Shown: positions 1 to 9,188, counted from the stretch's first letter. The stretch: DNA of 64,000 nt from an uncultured Bryobacterales bacterium (GCA_958295955.1 OY282420.1:150236-214235); one strand, 5' to 3'. The notes: a model not told the origin generated them from the sequence alone. Numbers and translations are program-made.

Positions 1-317
1 TCAATGCGCGCGGCGGCGCCGTCCACATCGAAGCCGCGGAATTCTCGCTGGAGCCGGGGCGTATCTGGCAGAGTCCGGATTCCGGCGCGCGGTATCCGGT
101 CGAGTGGACGGTCCGCGTTCCCAAGCTCGAGATCGAGTTGCGCTGCGCGCCCGCGATGGACAGTCAGGAAATGTTCACGCGCGGGTCGGCGGCGCCGACT
201 TATTGGGAAGGCGCCGTTCGCTACGAAGGGACGCGGGGCAGGGAACCGGTCGCCGGAGTCGGCTATTTGGAAATGACCGGCTACGACCGGAAAATACGGC
301 TCGGCAGCGGCAATTGA
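1..317 (+). CDS. AttH/CrtC-type lipocalin-fold protein, C-terminal fragment (start outside window)
   Basis: The reading frame starting at nt 3 is open from the window edge to TGA 315-317. It translates to ...AAPTYWEGAVRYEGTRGREPVAGVGYLEMTGYDRKIRLGSGN. I associate the YWEG...GYxEMTGY tail with AttH-like / hydroxyneurosporene-synthase-like proteins. It is absent from the ORF track because there is no start codon in the window. Confidence 0.5.
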   Translation, partial: NARGGAVHIEAAEFSLEPGRIWQSPDSGARYPVEWTVRVPKLEIELRCAPAMDSQEMFTRGSAAPTYWEGAVRYEGTRGREPVAGVGYLEMTGYDRKIRLGSGN

Positions 318-337
318 CGCGGCGGCGCGGCCGCCTG

Positions 338-1123
338 CTATTCCAACCGGAAACTGATGTCCGCCGCGGGCGCGGAATGCGTGAGCGCGCCGACCGAGGC
401 GAAATCGGCGCCGCTCTCCGCGTAGGCGCGAATCGTGTCGATCCCGATGTTGCCCGATACCTCGACTTGGGCGCGCCCGCCGATGACCGCGACCGCTTCG
501 CGGACCCGTTCGGGCGTGAAGTTGTCCAGCAGCAAGCGCCCTGCGCCGCAGGCAAGTGCTTCGCCGAGCTCGTCGATCGTTCGCACTTCAATCTCGATGG
601 GCAAACTGCTGTTCCGGCGGCAGTTGTCGAACGCCCGCGCGACGCCGCCGGCCGCGGCGATGTGATTGTTTTTGATCAAAACGGCGTCGAACAGGCCGAG
701 GCGATGGTTCGCGCCGCCCCCGGCCCGGACCGCCAGCTTGTCGAAGCGGCGCATTCCGGGCGCCGTTTTGCGCGTGTCGAGCACCTTGCACTTCGTGCCC
801 GCTACGGCTGCGACGAATCTTCGCGTGGCCGTGGCGATCCCGCAGGCCCGTTGGAGCAGGTTCAGCGCCGTCCGCTCGAGCGCCAGCAGCCTGCGCGTCG
901 AACCGCTGACGCGGGCGAAAACGGTTTCGGCCGGCAGCGCATTGCCGTCGCCGCGGAGCAGGCGCACTTCCTCTTGCCGGTAGATCGACGCCAACAACGG
1001 CGCGCCCGCCAGAGTCAGAGGCTCGCGGGCGAGGAAAAAGCCCGCTGCCCGCCGATCTTCCGGCACGCAGGCTATAGTGGTCACGTCGCCGGCGCCGATG
1101 TCTTCGGCCAGCGCCCGCTCCAC
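338..1123 (-). CDS. nadC: nicotinate-nucleotide diphosphorylase (quinolinate phosphoribosyltransferase)
   Basis: 261-aa ORF with a GTG start. Contains LAEDIGAGDVTT, KVLDTRKTAPGMR and HRLGLFDAVLIKNNH motifs typical of NadC. The N-terminus may extend upstream (see finding). Confidence 0.9.
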   Translation of the reverse strand: MERALAEDIGAGDVTTIACVPEDRRAAGFFLAREPLTLAGAPLLASIYRQEEVRLLRGDGNALPAETVFARVSGSTRRLLALERTALNLLQRACGIATATRRFVAAVAGTKCKVLDTRKTAPGMRRFDKLAVRAGGGANHRLGLFDAVLIKNNHIAAAGGVARAFDNCRRNSSLPIEIEVRTIDELGEALACGAGRLLLDNFTPERVREAVAVIGGRAQVEVSGNIGIDTIRAYAESGADFASVGALTHSAPAADISFRLE

Positions 1124-1201
1124 GAGATCGACGATCTCGGGATGATCCCAGGTAAGCCGCTCGGCCGTGCTGTCGGTTCGATGCAGGAGCTTTTACCGCA
1201 A

Positions 1202-1831
1202 TCAGGCCCAGGCGGCGCGGACCGCGGCCTCCAGTTCGTCAAGGGCGTTGGAAAAGAAATGGTCCGCCGTCTCGACCCAGGTAAGCTGCTTGGGGCCGAG
1301 CGTTCGCTCGTAAACCCGCTGAAGATTCTCGCGGGAGCCGTGTTCGTCGTTCGTGCCCTGGATGAAGTGTTTGGCGCAATTGCATTGTGACAAAAAGCTC
1401 CAATCGCCGTAGTTGACGGCCGTTCCGACGGCGACTACGCGCTCAATGCCTGGTTCGCCGCAGCACGTGCGCAGAGCGGTTCGCGAGCCGAACGAAAACC
1501 CGCCGGCGACCAGCGGAAGACCTGCGTACCGGCTGCGCATGTAGGCGAGCGCGGCCCGGCAGTCGTCCTGCTCGCCCCGCCCCTCGTCGTAGGAGCCTTC
1601 ACTGGCGCCGACGCCGCGGAAGTTGAAGCGCAGGACGGCGGCGCCCGTCCGCCGCGCGGCCTTCGCCAGCCGAAAGACCACCTTGTTGCGCATGGTTCCG
1701 CCGTACAGGGGATGCGGGTGGCAGATCACCGCCGCGCGGGTAGGGGCCGCGCCGTCGCCGGGTTCTTCGTGCAACGCTTCCAGGCGGCCCGCCGGGCCGT
1801 TCAAAAATCGTGACTTCAGAATGCCGGGCAT
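1202..1831 (-). CDS. alpha/beta-fold hydrolase family protein
   Basis: 209-aa ORF. HPHPLYGGTM...RFNFRGVGASEG...GFSFGS (GxSxG nucleophile elbow) gives a compact alpha/beta hydrolase architecture. The stop is 6 nt from the in-frame TAA preceding nadC. Confidence 0.7.
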   Translation of the reverse strand: MPGILKSRFLNGPAGRLEALHEEPGDGAAPTRAAVICHPHPLYGGTMRNKVVFRLAKAARRTGAAVLRFNFRGVGASEGSYDEGRGEQDDCRAALAYMRSRYAGLPLVAGGFSFGSRTALRTCCGEPGIERVVAVGTAVNYGDWSFLSQCNCAKHFIQGTNDEHGSRENLQRVYERTLGPKQLTWVETADHFFSNALDELEAAVRAAWA

Positions 1832-1833
1832 GA

Positions 1834-2328
1834 CTAACGGTAGTTCGTAAACTGCATGTCGATGCCGAAATCCCTATCTTTCAACGCCGCGATGACGGCC
1901 TGCAAGTCGTCGCGCTTCTTGCCGCCGATACGCACCTGGTCGCCCTGAATCGACGCTTGAACTTTCAGCTTGGCGCCTTTCACGACTTTGACGATCTCGC
2001 GGGCTTTCTCGTTGGGAATGCCTTGTTGCAGAGCAATGTCCTGGACGACGCTCGAACCGGCGGCGGGGCGCACGGCCCCGAAGGTCAGCGCCTTCATCGG
2101 AACCTTGCGGCGGGTAAGCTTTTGCTGCAAAACGTCGCAGACCTGCTGCAAAACGAACTCGTCGGGGCAGCGCAAAACGATCTTGGGCGCCTCGCTATCG
2201 AGCTCGACCTCGCTGCCGGAGTTTTTGAGATCGTAGCGCTGCCGAATTTCTTTGATCGTTTGCTGAACGGCGTTTTGCACCTCGGGGAGGTCAACTTTGG
2301 AAACGATGTCGAACGTACTCTGAGCCAT
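1834..2328 (-). CDS. yajQ: YajQ-family nucleotide (cyclic-di-GMP)-binding protein
   Basis: 164 aa. MAQSTFDIVSKVDLPEVQNAVQQTIKEIRQRYDLK... and the C-terminal FGIDMQFTNYR are characteristic of UPF0234/YajQ. Confidence 0.9.
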   Translation of the reverse strand: MAQSTFDIVSKVDLPEVQNAVQQTIKEIRQRYDLKNSGSEVELDSEAPKIVLRCPDEFVLQQVCDVLQQKLTRRKVPMKALTFGAVRPAAGSSVVQDIALQQGIPNEKAREIVKVVKGAKLKVQASIQGDQVRIGGKKRDDLQAVIAALKDRDFGIDMQFTNYR

Positions 2329-2375
2329 GCGCTTCGTATTAGGTTAGCAACTCGATGAATTGCAATGAGATATGC

Positions 2376-3662
2376 TTACGCGCTCAACCAGTCCGCGATC
2401 AGACCGGCCGCGCGCAATACCGGGCCGCAATGGCTTTCGAGAAATTCGGGCGGTAGCGGCCGGTCGAGCGGATGGGACTCCGCGGCCACGAGTGCGCCGG
2501 CGCCGTCGAAATCGACGTAGGCCAGCCTGGCGCGCAGGTCATCCTCGGGCAGTCCGAAAGCGCTTCCCGGCAAGAGCGCCACGCCCGCCTCGTGCAAGAG
2601 GCGTTGGCAAAGATCGGTTGCGGTGGCCACCCCGCGCGCCCGCAGACGGTCTCGATGGGACGCGAAGTCGGGAAACAGATAAAAGCCGCCCTCGGGTTCG
2701 TGGACCAGGACTCCGGCCTTGCGCAGCCGTTTCGCGCACTCGTGGCCCAAGGCCGCAAGTATGCGCCTCGACTGCACGATGTGCCGTTCGATGAGAGAGT
2801 CCGCTTGAAACGCCCGTACGGCCGCATATTGGATCGGGGCGCTCGTTGATGTATAGGTTTCGCTGGCGACATTGGCCATCGCTTCCAACAGCCGGCGCAG
2901 ACTCGGCGGAAAGGTGAAAGTCCCCAACCGCCAGCCGCCTGCGCCGCACCACTTGCTCAGTCCGCCGGAAATGATCGTTCCCGAGGGATAGTAGCGGGCA
3001 ATCGACACGTGCCGCCCGCGATGGTGCAGCTCGCCGTAGATCTCGTCGGAGAGCATAATCAGCCGATAACGCCGGGCGACTTGCGCGAGCTCTTTGAGCT
3101 GCTCCGCCGTGTAGGAGCCGCCGGTCGGATTCGACGGATAATTCAGCGCGACCAGCCGCGGGCGCTGCGGGTCGTCGCGGCAAAGCCGGTCGAGATCCCC
3201 GGGGGTGAGCCGCCAATAATTGGCGGGGTCGGTTTTGAGCCAGCGCACGTGACGGCCGATGATGTGCGCTTGCGGAGCGTACGAGACCCAACTCGGTATG
3301 GGGATTACGAGATCGCCGTAGTAGCTGAGTTGCAAGAGGAACATCAATTCCTTCGAACCCGGACCGATCAGGACATCGTCCGCGGTGCATTTGACATGTT
3401 GGCGCCGGCGCCGGTGGTAGTCCGCCACGGCCTCGCGAAGCGTTCGCAGCCCCTTCACCGCCAGATAGCTCTTTTGATGGGCATTGACGCGCAGAGATTC
3501 GACAACCGGTTCCGGGATAGGGAAGGGAGATTCACCGAGTCCCAAGCGGTAGATTGTGCGGCCTTCGTTGCGCAGCCGTTGCGATTCTTCGCTGATGGCC
3601 AGCGTAGCCGAAGTTCCGATTCCTCGAACATTCAGATTGAGCGAGTTCGAGCCGCCGGTCAT
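2376..3662 (-). CDS. PLP-dependent aminotransferase, class I/II
   Basis: The track ORF 2376..3989 overlaps actE. The internal ATG at 3662 (MTGGSNSLNLNVRGIGTSATLAISEE...) gives 428 aa with LNYPSNPTG and SGGLSKWCGAGGWRLG (PLP-lysine region) motifs. Confidence 0.85.
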   Translation of the reverse strand: MTGGSNSLNLNVRGIGTSATLAISEESQRLRNEGRTIYRLGLGESPFPIPEPVVESLRVNAHQKSYLAVKGLRTLREAVADYHRRRRQHVKCTADDVLIGPGSKELMFLLQLSYYGDLVIPIPSWVSYAPQAHIIGRHVRWLKTDPANYWRLTPGDLDRLCRDDPQRPRLVALNYPSNPTGGSYTAEQLKELAQVARRYRLIMLSDEIYGELHHRGRHVSIARYYPSGTIISGGLSKWCGAGGWRLGTFTFPPSLRRLLEAMANVASETYTSTSAPIQYAAVRAFQADSLIERHIVQSRRILAALGHECAKRLRKAGVLVHEPEGGFYLFPDFASHRDRLRARGVATATDLCQRLLHEAGVALLPGSAFGLPEDDLRARLAYVDFDGAGALVAAESHPLDRPLPPEFLESHCGPVLRAAGLIADWLSA

Positions 3663-3718
3663 ACGTTCATTATGCGCGGACAACGGCCGGCGCCGGCCCG
3701 CCCGCGGCGCGGCCGATT

Positions 3719-4063
3719 CTACTTCCGAGAGCGGATGTATTCGACCAGGCGGTCTATGTTGCGCTCGCTGAGCCGGCCCACGTAAGCGGGCATCAGGTCG
3801 CCGCCGAACTGGATCTTGATGCGCATGTAGGCTTCGCTCGGCGCGGCCTTGGTCAACGGCGTCAACTCGTTCTGAAAGAAACGGAAAAGATTGGGGCCGA
3901 GCTTGGCCGGCTTGCCGGGATCGATGGCGTGGCAGACGATGCAGTTGTCCCGGTACAACTGCCTGCCGGCCGCGAGCGGCTTCTCCCATGGAGGCGCTTT
4001 ACGCTCCGCCGCGGACGCGGCGCAGAGCGGCAGCAATGCCGCGAGCAGCAGGAGGCGGCGCAT
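3719..4063 (-). CDS. actE: monohaem c-type cytochrome, ACIII subunit ActE-like (probable lipoprotein)
   Basis: The internal ATG at 4063 gives MRRLLLLAALLPLCAAS (signal peptide with an LPLC lipobox-like site) and a single CIVCH haem motif. Its ATG overlaps the actD stop by 1 nt (TGATG). Confidence 0.75.
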   Translation of the reverse strand: MRRLLLLAALLPLCAASAAERKAPPWEKPLAAGRQLYRDNCIVCHAIDPGKPAKLGPNLFRFFQNELTPLTKAAPSEAYMRIKIQFGGDLMPAYVGRLSERNIDRLVEYIRSRK

Positions 4064-4545
4064 CAGTCCGGCTCCTGCTCGACGGAAACGGCGCCCGCGG
4101 CGCGGAGTTGCTCGATCAGGCGGTCCGCTTCGCCGCCAGGGCAGGGCAGTTGCAGAAACAGCCATGCGGAGTCCACCGCTTCGCCGGGGCCTGATTTGTT
4201 GCGGAAAAAACGCCCCTCGAGCAGAAACCCCAGCAGCGTGCCGAAAACGGCGCCGAGCATTGCCGCCTCGTAGCTGATGACCCCGATCGGCCAGAGCGAC
4301 TTGATGGGCATTCCGCCGGTGACAAGCGGGTAATCGCTCTGCGTCCAGAGCATGAACAAGGTCATTCCCGTCCCGGCGGCGACTGCGCCGGCCACGGCGA
4401 GCAGCGACATCCGGCCGGGGCGGACCGCGGCGCCCGAGGCGATCTCTACCGGCTTCGCCGAATAGACAACCGTCCGCTCGCAGCCGGCGGAACGCAGGGC
4501 CGCTTCGAGCGCGGGACGGGCCGCGAACTTAGCCGTCAGCTTCAT
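4063..4545 (-). CDS. actD: ACIII membrane subunit ActD-like (DUF3341-type)
   Basis: MKLTAKFAARPALEAALRSAG... is a soluble N-terminal part followed by two hydrophobic helices. A GGGAG Shine-Dalgarno sequence lies before ATG 4545. The gene overlaps the actC end by 17 nt. Its position between the NrfD-like and monohaem subunits matches ActD. Confidence 0.6.
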   Translation of the reverse strand: MKLTAKFAARPALEAALRSAGCERTVVYSAKPVEIASGAAVRPGRMSLLAVAGAVAAGTGMTLFMLWTQSDYPLVTGGMPIKSLWPIGVISYEAAMLGAVFGTLLGFLLEGRFFRNKSGPGEAVDSAWLFLQLPCPGGEADRLIEQLRAAGAVSVEQEPD

Positions 4546-5833
4546 GTTCGTACTCCCAGACGGCGATGATCGGCACGGCCTTGACAAACAACAGATACAA
4601 CAACGCCATCGAGGCGAAGGTCGCGGCTGTAATCACCAACTCCACGGCGGACGGTAGATAAGTTCCCGCGGCCGCCCGCAAAGGCGGGTTCGCGAGCGTC
4701 GGCAAAACGATCAAAAAGCGCTCCAGCCACATGCCTGCGAGCACCGAGAAACCGCTGAAGACGATCGTCGGAATCGTGCGCAATTTGCGGATGCCCAGCA
4801 AGACGAACGGAATCGCGAAGTTGCAGACCACCATCAGCACCGACGCCAGGCCGAAGCCTCCGTGCTCCCGCGCTTGAAAGACGTTCATTTCAAGTGGGTT
4901 GTTGCCGTACCAGACGGTCAGGTGCTCGGATGCGGTGAAGTAAAGCCAGACCACGCTCATGAGCAGCAACAGCTTCCCCAGGTTGTCGAAGTGGACGGGC
5001 CGCAGATAGTTTTCCAGCCGCAGAAATTTTCGAATGGCGGCCATCACGACCACCAGCGCGCCGATGCCGCTGAAAATCGCGCCCGCGACGAAATAAGGCG
5101 CGAAGATCGTCGAATGCCACATCGGCGCCAAAGACATCGAAAAGTCGAAGGCGACCACCGAGTGAACCGAAACCGCGATGGCGAGAATGATCACGGCCAT
5201 CAGCTTGTTCGCCCGTTCCAGAGCATGCCATTGATAATCCGCGCCGCTCCAGCCCAGAGAGAGCAGCCCGCAGATTTTCGAGCGCAGCCCCGTCGTCCGC
5301 TTCGCCAGCAGCGCGAAATCGGGAATCAACGGCAAATACAGATAGAGAAAGCTGCCGGCGAGGTAGGTCAGGATCGCCGTCATGTCCCACACCAGCGGCG
5401 AACGGAAATTGGGCCAGAGCAGGCGCTCATTGGGGTAGGGCAACAGCCAATAGAAGAGCCATACCCGTCCGAGATGGATCAACGGAAACATGCCGCCAAT
5501 CATCAGCGCGAACAGCGTAATCGCCTCGGCGGCGCGGGTGACGGGCTTGCGCCAGCCGGCGTCGGTTAAGCGCAGAATCGCGGAAATGAGCGTGCCCGCA
5601 TGGGAGATGCCGATCCAGAAGACGAAGTTGACGATGTAGAAGCCCCAATAGACCGGCCGCGCCAGTCCGGTAACGACCATGCCGCGGTCGATCTGCAACC
5701 CCCAGGCAACGGCGCCCGCGGCAACGATCAGCGCACAGAATGCCGCCGCGGCGCAGTAGCCTGCGCCCGCTCCGCTCAGCGGCCGCAGCAGGTCTTGCCG
5801 GATGCGTTCTTCGGCCGCGGCCGCGGGCGTCAT
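4529..5833 (-). CDS. actC: NrfD/PsrC-like polytopic quinol-interacting membrane subunit (ActC)
   Basis: 434 aa and strongly hydrophobic, with about 10 predicted TM segments. It sits 3 nt downstream of the Fe-S subunit gene. Confidence 0.85.
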   Translation of the reverse strand: MTPAAAAEERIRQDLLRPLSGAGAGYCAAAAFCALIVAAGAVAWGLQIDRGMVVTGLARPVYWGFYIVNFVFWIGISHAGTLISAILRLTDAGWRKPVTRAAEAITLFALMIGGMFPLIHLGRVWLFYWLLPYPNERLLWPNFRSPLVWDMTAILTYLAGSFLYLYLPLIPDFALLAKRTTGLRSKICGLLSLGWSGADYQWHALERANKLMAVIILAIAVSVHSVVAFDFSMSLAPMWHSTIFAPYFVAGAIFSGIGALVVVMAAIRKFLRLENYLRPVHFDNLGKLLLLMSVVWLYFTASEHLTVWYGNNPLEMNVFQAREHGGFGLASVLMVVCNFAIPFVLLGIRKLRTIPTIVFSGFSVLAGMWLERFLIVLPTLANPPLRAAAGTYLPSAVELVITAATFASMALLYLLFVKAVPIIAVWEYEHEADG

Positions 5834-5836
5834 CGG

Positions 5837-6541
5837 CTAAGCGCCTTTCTCCAGATAGAACACGCGCGGCTTCGTGCCCAACTCGTCGAGCAGTTGCGTT
5901 GACCGCCCGCTTCCGGCCCACCGCGAAACTTTGCTCTCGGGGTCGGCGATGTCCCCGAACGCCATTGCTTCAGCCGGGCAGCCTTGCACGCAGGCGGGTT
6001 GAATATCGCCGTCGGCAAGCTCGCGGTTCTCTTCTTTGCTCTCCAGCTTGCCGCGTTGAATGCGCTGCAAGCAGAAGGTGCATTTCTCCATCACGCCGCC
6101 CGGACGAATCGAAACGTCGGGGTTGTGCTGCAATTCCAGGGGTTCGGGCCAGAACGGATCTTCGTAGTTGAAATAGCGGACCGTGTAGGGACAGTTGTTG
6201 GCGCAGTAGCGCGTGCCCACGCAGCGGTTATAAACCTGGACGTTCAGTCCTTCTTCGTTTTGATACGTCGCGTAAACCGGGCAGACCGGCTCGCACGGCG
6301 CGTCGTCGCACTGCTGGCACATGACGGGACGGTATTTGACCCTGATATCCGGGAAAGTTCCTTCGTAATAGCGGTCGATGCGGATCCAGTGTTTCATCCG
6401 CCCTCTTTCCGCTTCGTCCGGACTGGTCAGCGGCACGTTGTTTTCGGCGTGGCAGGCGACGACGCAGCCTTCGCACCCGGTGCAGCGGTCGAGGTCGATG
6501 GCCATGGCCCACTGCGGATGTTTTTTTTCAGTCATCGGCAA
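5837..6541 (-). CDS. actB2: 4Fe-4S ferredoxin-type iron-sulfur subunit (ActB2)
   Basis: 234 aa with several Cys clusters (CTGCEGCVVACHAEN, CQQCDDAPCEPVCP, CVGTRYCANNCP, CTFC...) typical of the PsrB/DmsB-type Fe-S subunit. Confidence 0.85.
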   Translation of the reverse strand: MPMTEKKHPQWAMAIDLDRCTGCEGCVVACHAENNVPLTSPDEAERGRMKHWIRIDRYYEGTFPDIRVKYRPVMCQQCDDAPCEPVCPVYATYQNEEGLNVQVYNRCVGTRYCANNCPYTVRYFNYEDPFWPEPLELQHNPDVSIRPGGVMEKCTFCLQRIQRGKLESKEENRELADGDIQPACVQGCPAEAMAFGDIADPESKVSRWAGSGRSTQLLDELGTKPRVFYLEKGA

Positions 6542-6570
6542 TGCGATCTTTCGATACTCCCTGCGGCCGG

Positions 6571-8637
6571 CTACGAACGCGCCGGCTCTTCATCGCGGTC
6601 TATCCGCGTGAACTGCAAAAAACGGTCGGAGCGCCCGACTCGCTCGACGCGCGCCGGGCACGAGAAAATTTGCGCGCCCGCGCCTTCCGCAGATTCCGGC
6701 GGAAGCAGCGCCAAGGCGTCCGCCGTTCCTCCCAAACCCAGGCTCACGACTCCGGGAACCGCCGCCGGATTGACGTATGCCGGCGCCTCAACCGAGCCGG
6801 CAGCGGAGATCACCTTGAGGCGGTCGCCGTTGCGGACGCCGAGCGCGGCCGCGGCGTCGGGGTCGATCTCCAACGGCAGATCGAACATCAGCGACGAAGC
6901 CGGGTCGGGAAGCTGCCTCAACCAGGGCAAATCGGCCCCGCCGCCGTCGCCGTATTGGACGGAGGAGAAGGCTTGAAACGTTAGCGGATACGCGGACGCC
7001 GCCGGCGCGCCGGGAGCCGCGGCAGAGCCCCACGGCCCTTCGGGGTCGGGGGCCGCGGAGATTTCCGCGGAACGCTCTTGCCACCAGCCGCCTTGGCGTT
7101 CGGCGTAGGAGACGAACTCGCGCGTATCGGCAAAGCCGTCCTGCGCAGCGAATATCTCTTCATAGGGAGCCGGCGGAACGGCGGCGGACTTGCCCAGGCG
7201 CTTGGCGATAGCGGACAGCACATCTTCGCTTGCCCGCGTATCGTACAAGGGGCGGACGAACGACGGGCCGCCGGTCAGGGCGTATCCGGGGGCCGTTATG
7301 GGCGAGACAACGCGGCCGGCTTCGAGCGCGTCGTGGTCGGGCAGCAGCACGTCGGCGTGGGCGCTTGGCTGAAAAGCAATCACGGTCGCCGCGTCGAGTA
7401 GAGCCCGCACGCGGAGCGGGACCGCGGCGTCGGCGATGCCGTCGAGAAATACCGCCGTGGGGCGGGCGGCGCCGGTATCGACTGCGGCCGTATCCAGCGG
7501 GCGGGACGGCGCTTTCACGCCGCCCGCGCGGCCCACGTTGCCGAGAATCAGATTGAGCGCGTTGGCAACCGCCGCCGCGGCGACGGAGTTCCTGCGGACG
7601 ATGCTTGCGCCGCCGATGACAACCGGGGCCGCGGCGGAGGCCAGACGCCCGGCGGCTTCTTCGACCCAAGACTGCCGCACGCCGCTTTGCATGCACAGCG
7701 CGGCAATATCCGCCTCGCGCAGCGTCGCCGCGAGAGCCGGGGGCAGGGAAGCGGCGTCCTTCCCGTGCCGCTGGAGGAGCAAGGCGCCGACTGCCAGCGC
7801 AAGCGCATGCTCGCCTCCCGGCGCGGCCGGCAGCCAACGGTCGGCCGCCCAGGCCGTCTGCGAAAACCGCGCCTCGGCATGGAATAACGCACCCCGAATG
7901 CTCTCGCGGCCACGCCGCATGTGACCGAAGCGCCGCGAATAGAACACCGGAGAGACCCAGCCGCCCAGAAAATCCGCGCCGATGCTCAGCACGAAGTCGG
8001 CATCCTGAATCTCGTACAGCGGAATGCCGTTCCAGCCGAAAGCATATTGCGCCGCGGCGCGCTCCACCTCGAAATCGAACGTTCCCGCCGTTCGCGCCGG
8101 AGCGTAACCGCATCCTTCGAGAAAAGACGAGACGGCGGCGCTTCGCGACCCGGACACGGCCGCGGCGAGGTACAAGACCTGTTGCGCAGACGCCGCGCGC
8201 AAAGCTTCCGACGCGCGGTCGAGAGCCGCGTCCCACGAGGCGTCTTCCAGAACGCCGGCAGCGTTGCGGATTTTCGGTCCGCGGGGACGGTCGGGATGGT
8301 AGAGCCGTTGCACCGCCGCCTGCCCGCGGCCGCAAATCCTGCCGCCGCTCACCGGATCGAGCGGGTTTCCTTCGATCTTCTTGACCGCGGCAATCGGCTT
8401 GCGCACTTTTTCGCCGTCGATCTCGAGGATGCGCTCCGCGCGCATGACGCGGACAATGGTTCCGCAGCCGGCAGGGCATTGCCGGCAAACGCTCGGGCGC
8501 CACTCCTCGACGCCGGGAACAATCTGTTCCTCGGGCACGAGCAAGGGAATGATCGCGTCGCCCTCGCGGCCGCAGGCGCCGGCGACCGCGCCTCCCGAGG
8601 CCGTTCCGACCAGCTTGAAAAAGTTCCGCCTGTCCAT
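6571..8637 (-). CDS. actB1: molybdopterin-oxidoreductase-like subunit with TAT signal (ActB1)
   Basis: The internal ATG at 8637 gives the twin-arginine signal MDRRNFFKLVGTASGGAVAGACG. An N-terminal Cys cluster (CRQCPAGCG) follows, then a ~690-aa molybdopterin-family body. The longer track ORF would overlap actA. Confidence 0.85.
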   Translation of the reverse strand: MDRRNFFKLVGTASGGAVAGACGREGDAIIPLLVPEEQIVPGVEEWRPSVCRQCPAGCGTIVRVMRAERILEIDGEKVRKPIAAVKKIEGNPLDPVSGGRICGRGQAAVQRLYHPDRPRGPKIRNAAGVLEDASWDAALDRASEALRAASAQQVLYLAAAVSGSRSAAVSSFLEGCGYAPARTAGTFDFEVERAAAQYAFGWNGIPLYEIQDADFVLSIGADFLGGWVSPVFYSRRFGHMRRGRESIRGALFHAEARFSQTAWAADRWLPAAPGGEHALALAVGALLLQRHGKDAASLPPALAATLREADIAALCMQSGVRQSWVEEAAGRLASAAAPVVIGGASIVRRNSVAAAAVANALNLILGNVGRAGGVKAPSRPLDTAAVDTGAARPTAVFLDGIADAAVPLRVRALLDAATVIAFQPSAHADVLLPDHDALEAGRVVSPITAPGYALTGGPSFVRPLYDTRASEDVLSAIAKRLGKSAAVPPAPYEEIFAAQDGFADTREFVSYAERQGGWWQERSAEISAAPDPEGPWGSAAAPGAPAASAYPLTFQAFSSVQYGDGGGADLPWLRQLPDPASSLMFDLPLEIDPDAAAALGVRNGDRLKVISAAGSVEAPAYVNPAAVPGVVSLGLGGTADALALLPPESAEGAGAQIFSCPARVERVGRSDRFLQFTRIDRDEEPARS

Positions 8638-8666
8638 ACGCTCTTGCAGTGTCTCTTTGCGCCGCG

Positions 8667-9188
8667 CTAGTTGTGGCAGGCCGCGCAATCCTCGCTCGCC
8701 CCTTGCTCGCGATGGCAGTTGAGACAGGTTCCCATTGTATGTTTCACGAGCGGCTGCGCCGTCACCGCCGCGGCCATATCGCCGTGGCAAACCGCGCAGC
8801 GAATCCCGGCGCGGACATGGGAGGCATGCCGAAAGAGCACGTGGCCCGCGCGGTTGAAGCGGTAAATGCGCACCCAGGGCGGCTCACGGCCGGCCGCGGC
8901 GAATGCCGCCAGTTTCCGCACTTCGGGCCGCTCGGTTGCGATCTTTTCGTGGCACAGCATGCATTTGCCGATGCCGGGGATGGTCGCCGCGTCGCCGACA
9001 TCCGCCCGGCTATGGCAATCCACGCACTCCAGATTGAGCGCGGCGTGCTTGTTGTGGGGGAATTCGATCGGCTGCTCGGCGGCGAACACGATCGAAACGG
9101 CGGCGGCGGCCGGCAGTATGCGCCGCCCCCGGCGGAACAGAAGGCGCGCGAGCGATACGCCTCTCCTTTGCCGACCCATTGGGTTCAT
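8667..9188 (-). CDS. actA: pentahaem c-type cytochrome (ActA)
   Basis: Five CxxCH motifs (CVDCH, CMLCH, CAVCH, CLNCH, CAACH) follow an N-terminal membrane anchor (RRILPAAAAVSIVFAA). The start is uncertain: ATG 9188 is chosen, and the track ORF starts at 9263. Confidence 0.8.
   Translation of the reverse strand: MNPMGRQRRGVSLARLLFRRGRRILPAAAAVSIVFAAEQPIEFPHNKHAALNLECVDCHSRADVGDAATIPGIGKCMLCHEKIATERPEVRKLAAFAAAGREPPWVRIYRFNRAGHVLFRHASHVRAGIRCAVCHGDMAAAVTAQPLVKHTMGTCLNCHREQGASEDCAACHN

Noticed and set aside
104-1390. Long shadow ORFs antisense to, or out of frame with, confidently assigned genes. Examples: 104-1390 (+), 7160-8503 (-), 16181-17374 (+), 19636-20913 (-), 21398-23386 (+), 22200-24197 (-), 33052-34614 (-), 42429-44501 (+), 45556-46899 (-), 49683-51593 (-), 55131-57491 (+), 62571-63905 (+).
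   Set aside because: These are typical high-GC artefacts. Their translations are dominated by Arg/Gly/Ala/Pro runs with no motifs. Each fully overlaps a gene whose product has clear family signatures.
3663-3989. N-terminal extension of the aminotransferase ORF (track ORF 2376-3989).
   Set aside because: It overlaps actE in another frame and is Arg-rich. ATG 3662 gives a normal-length class I/II aminotransferase.
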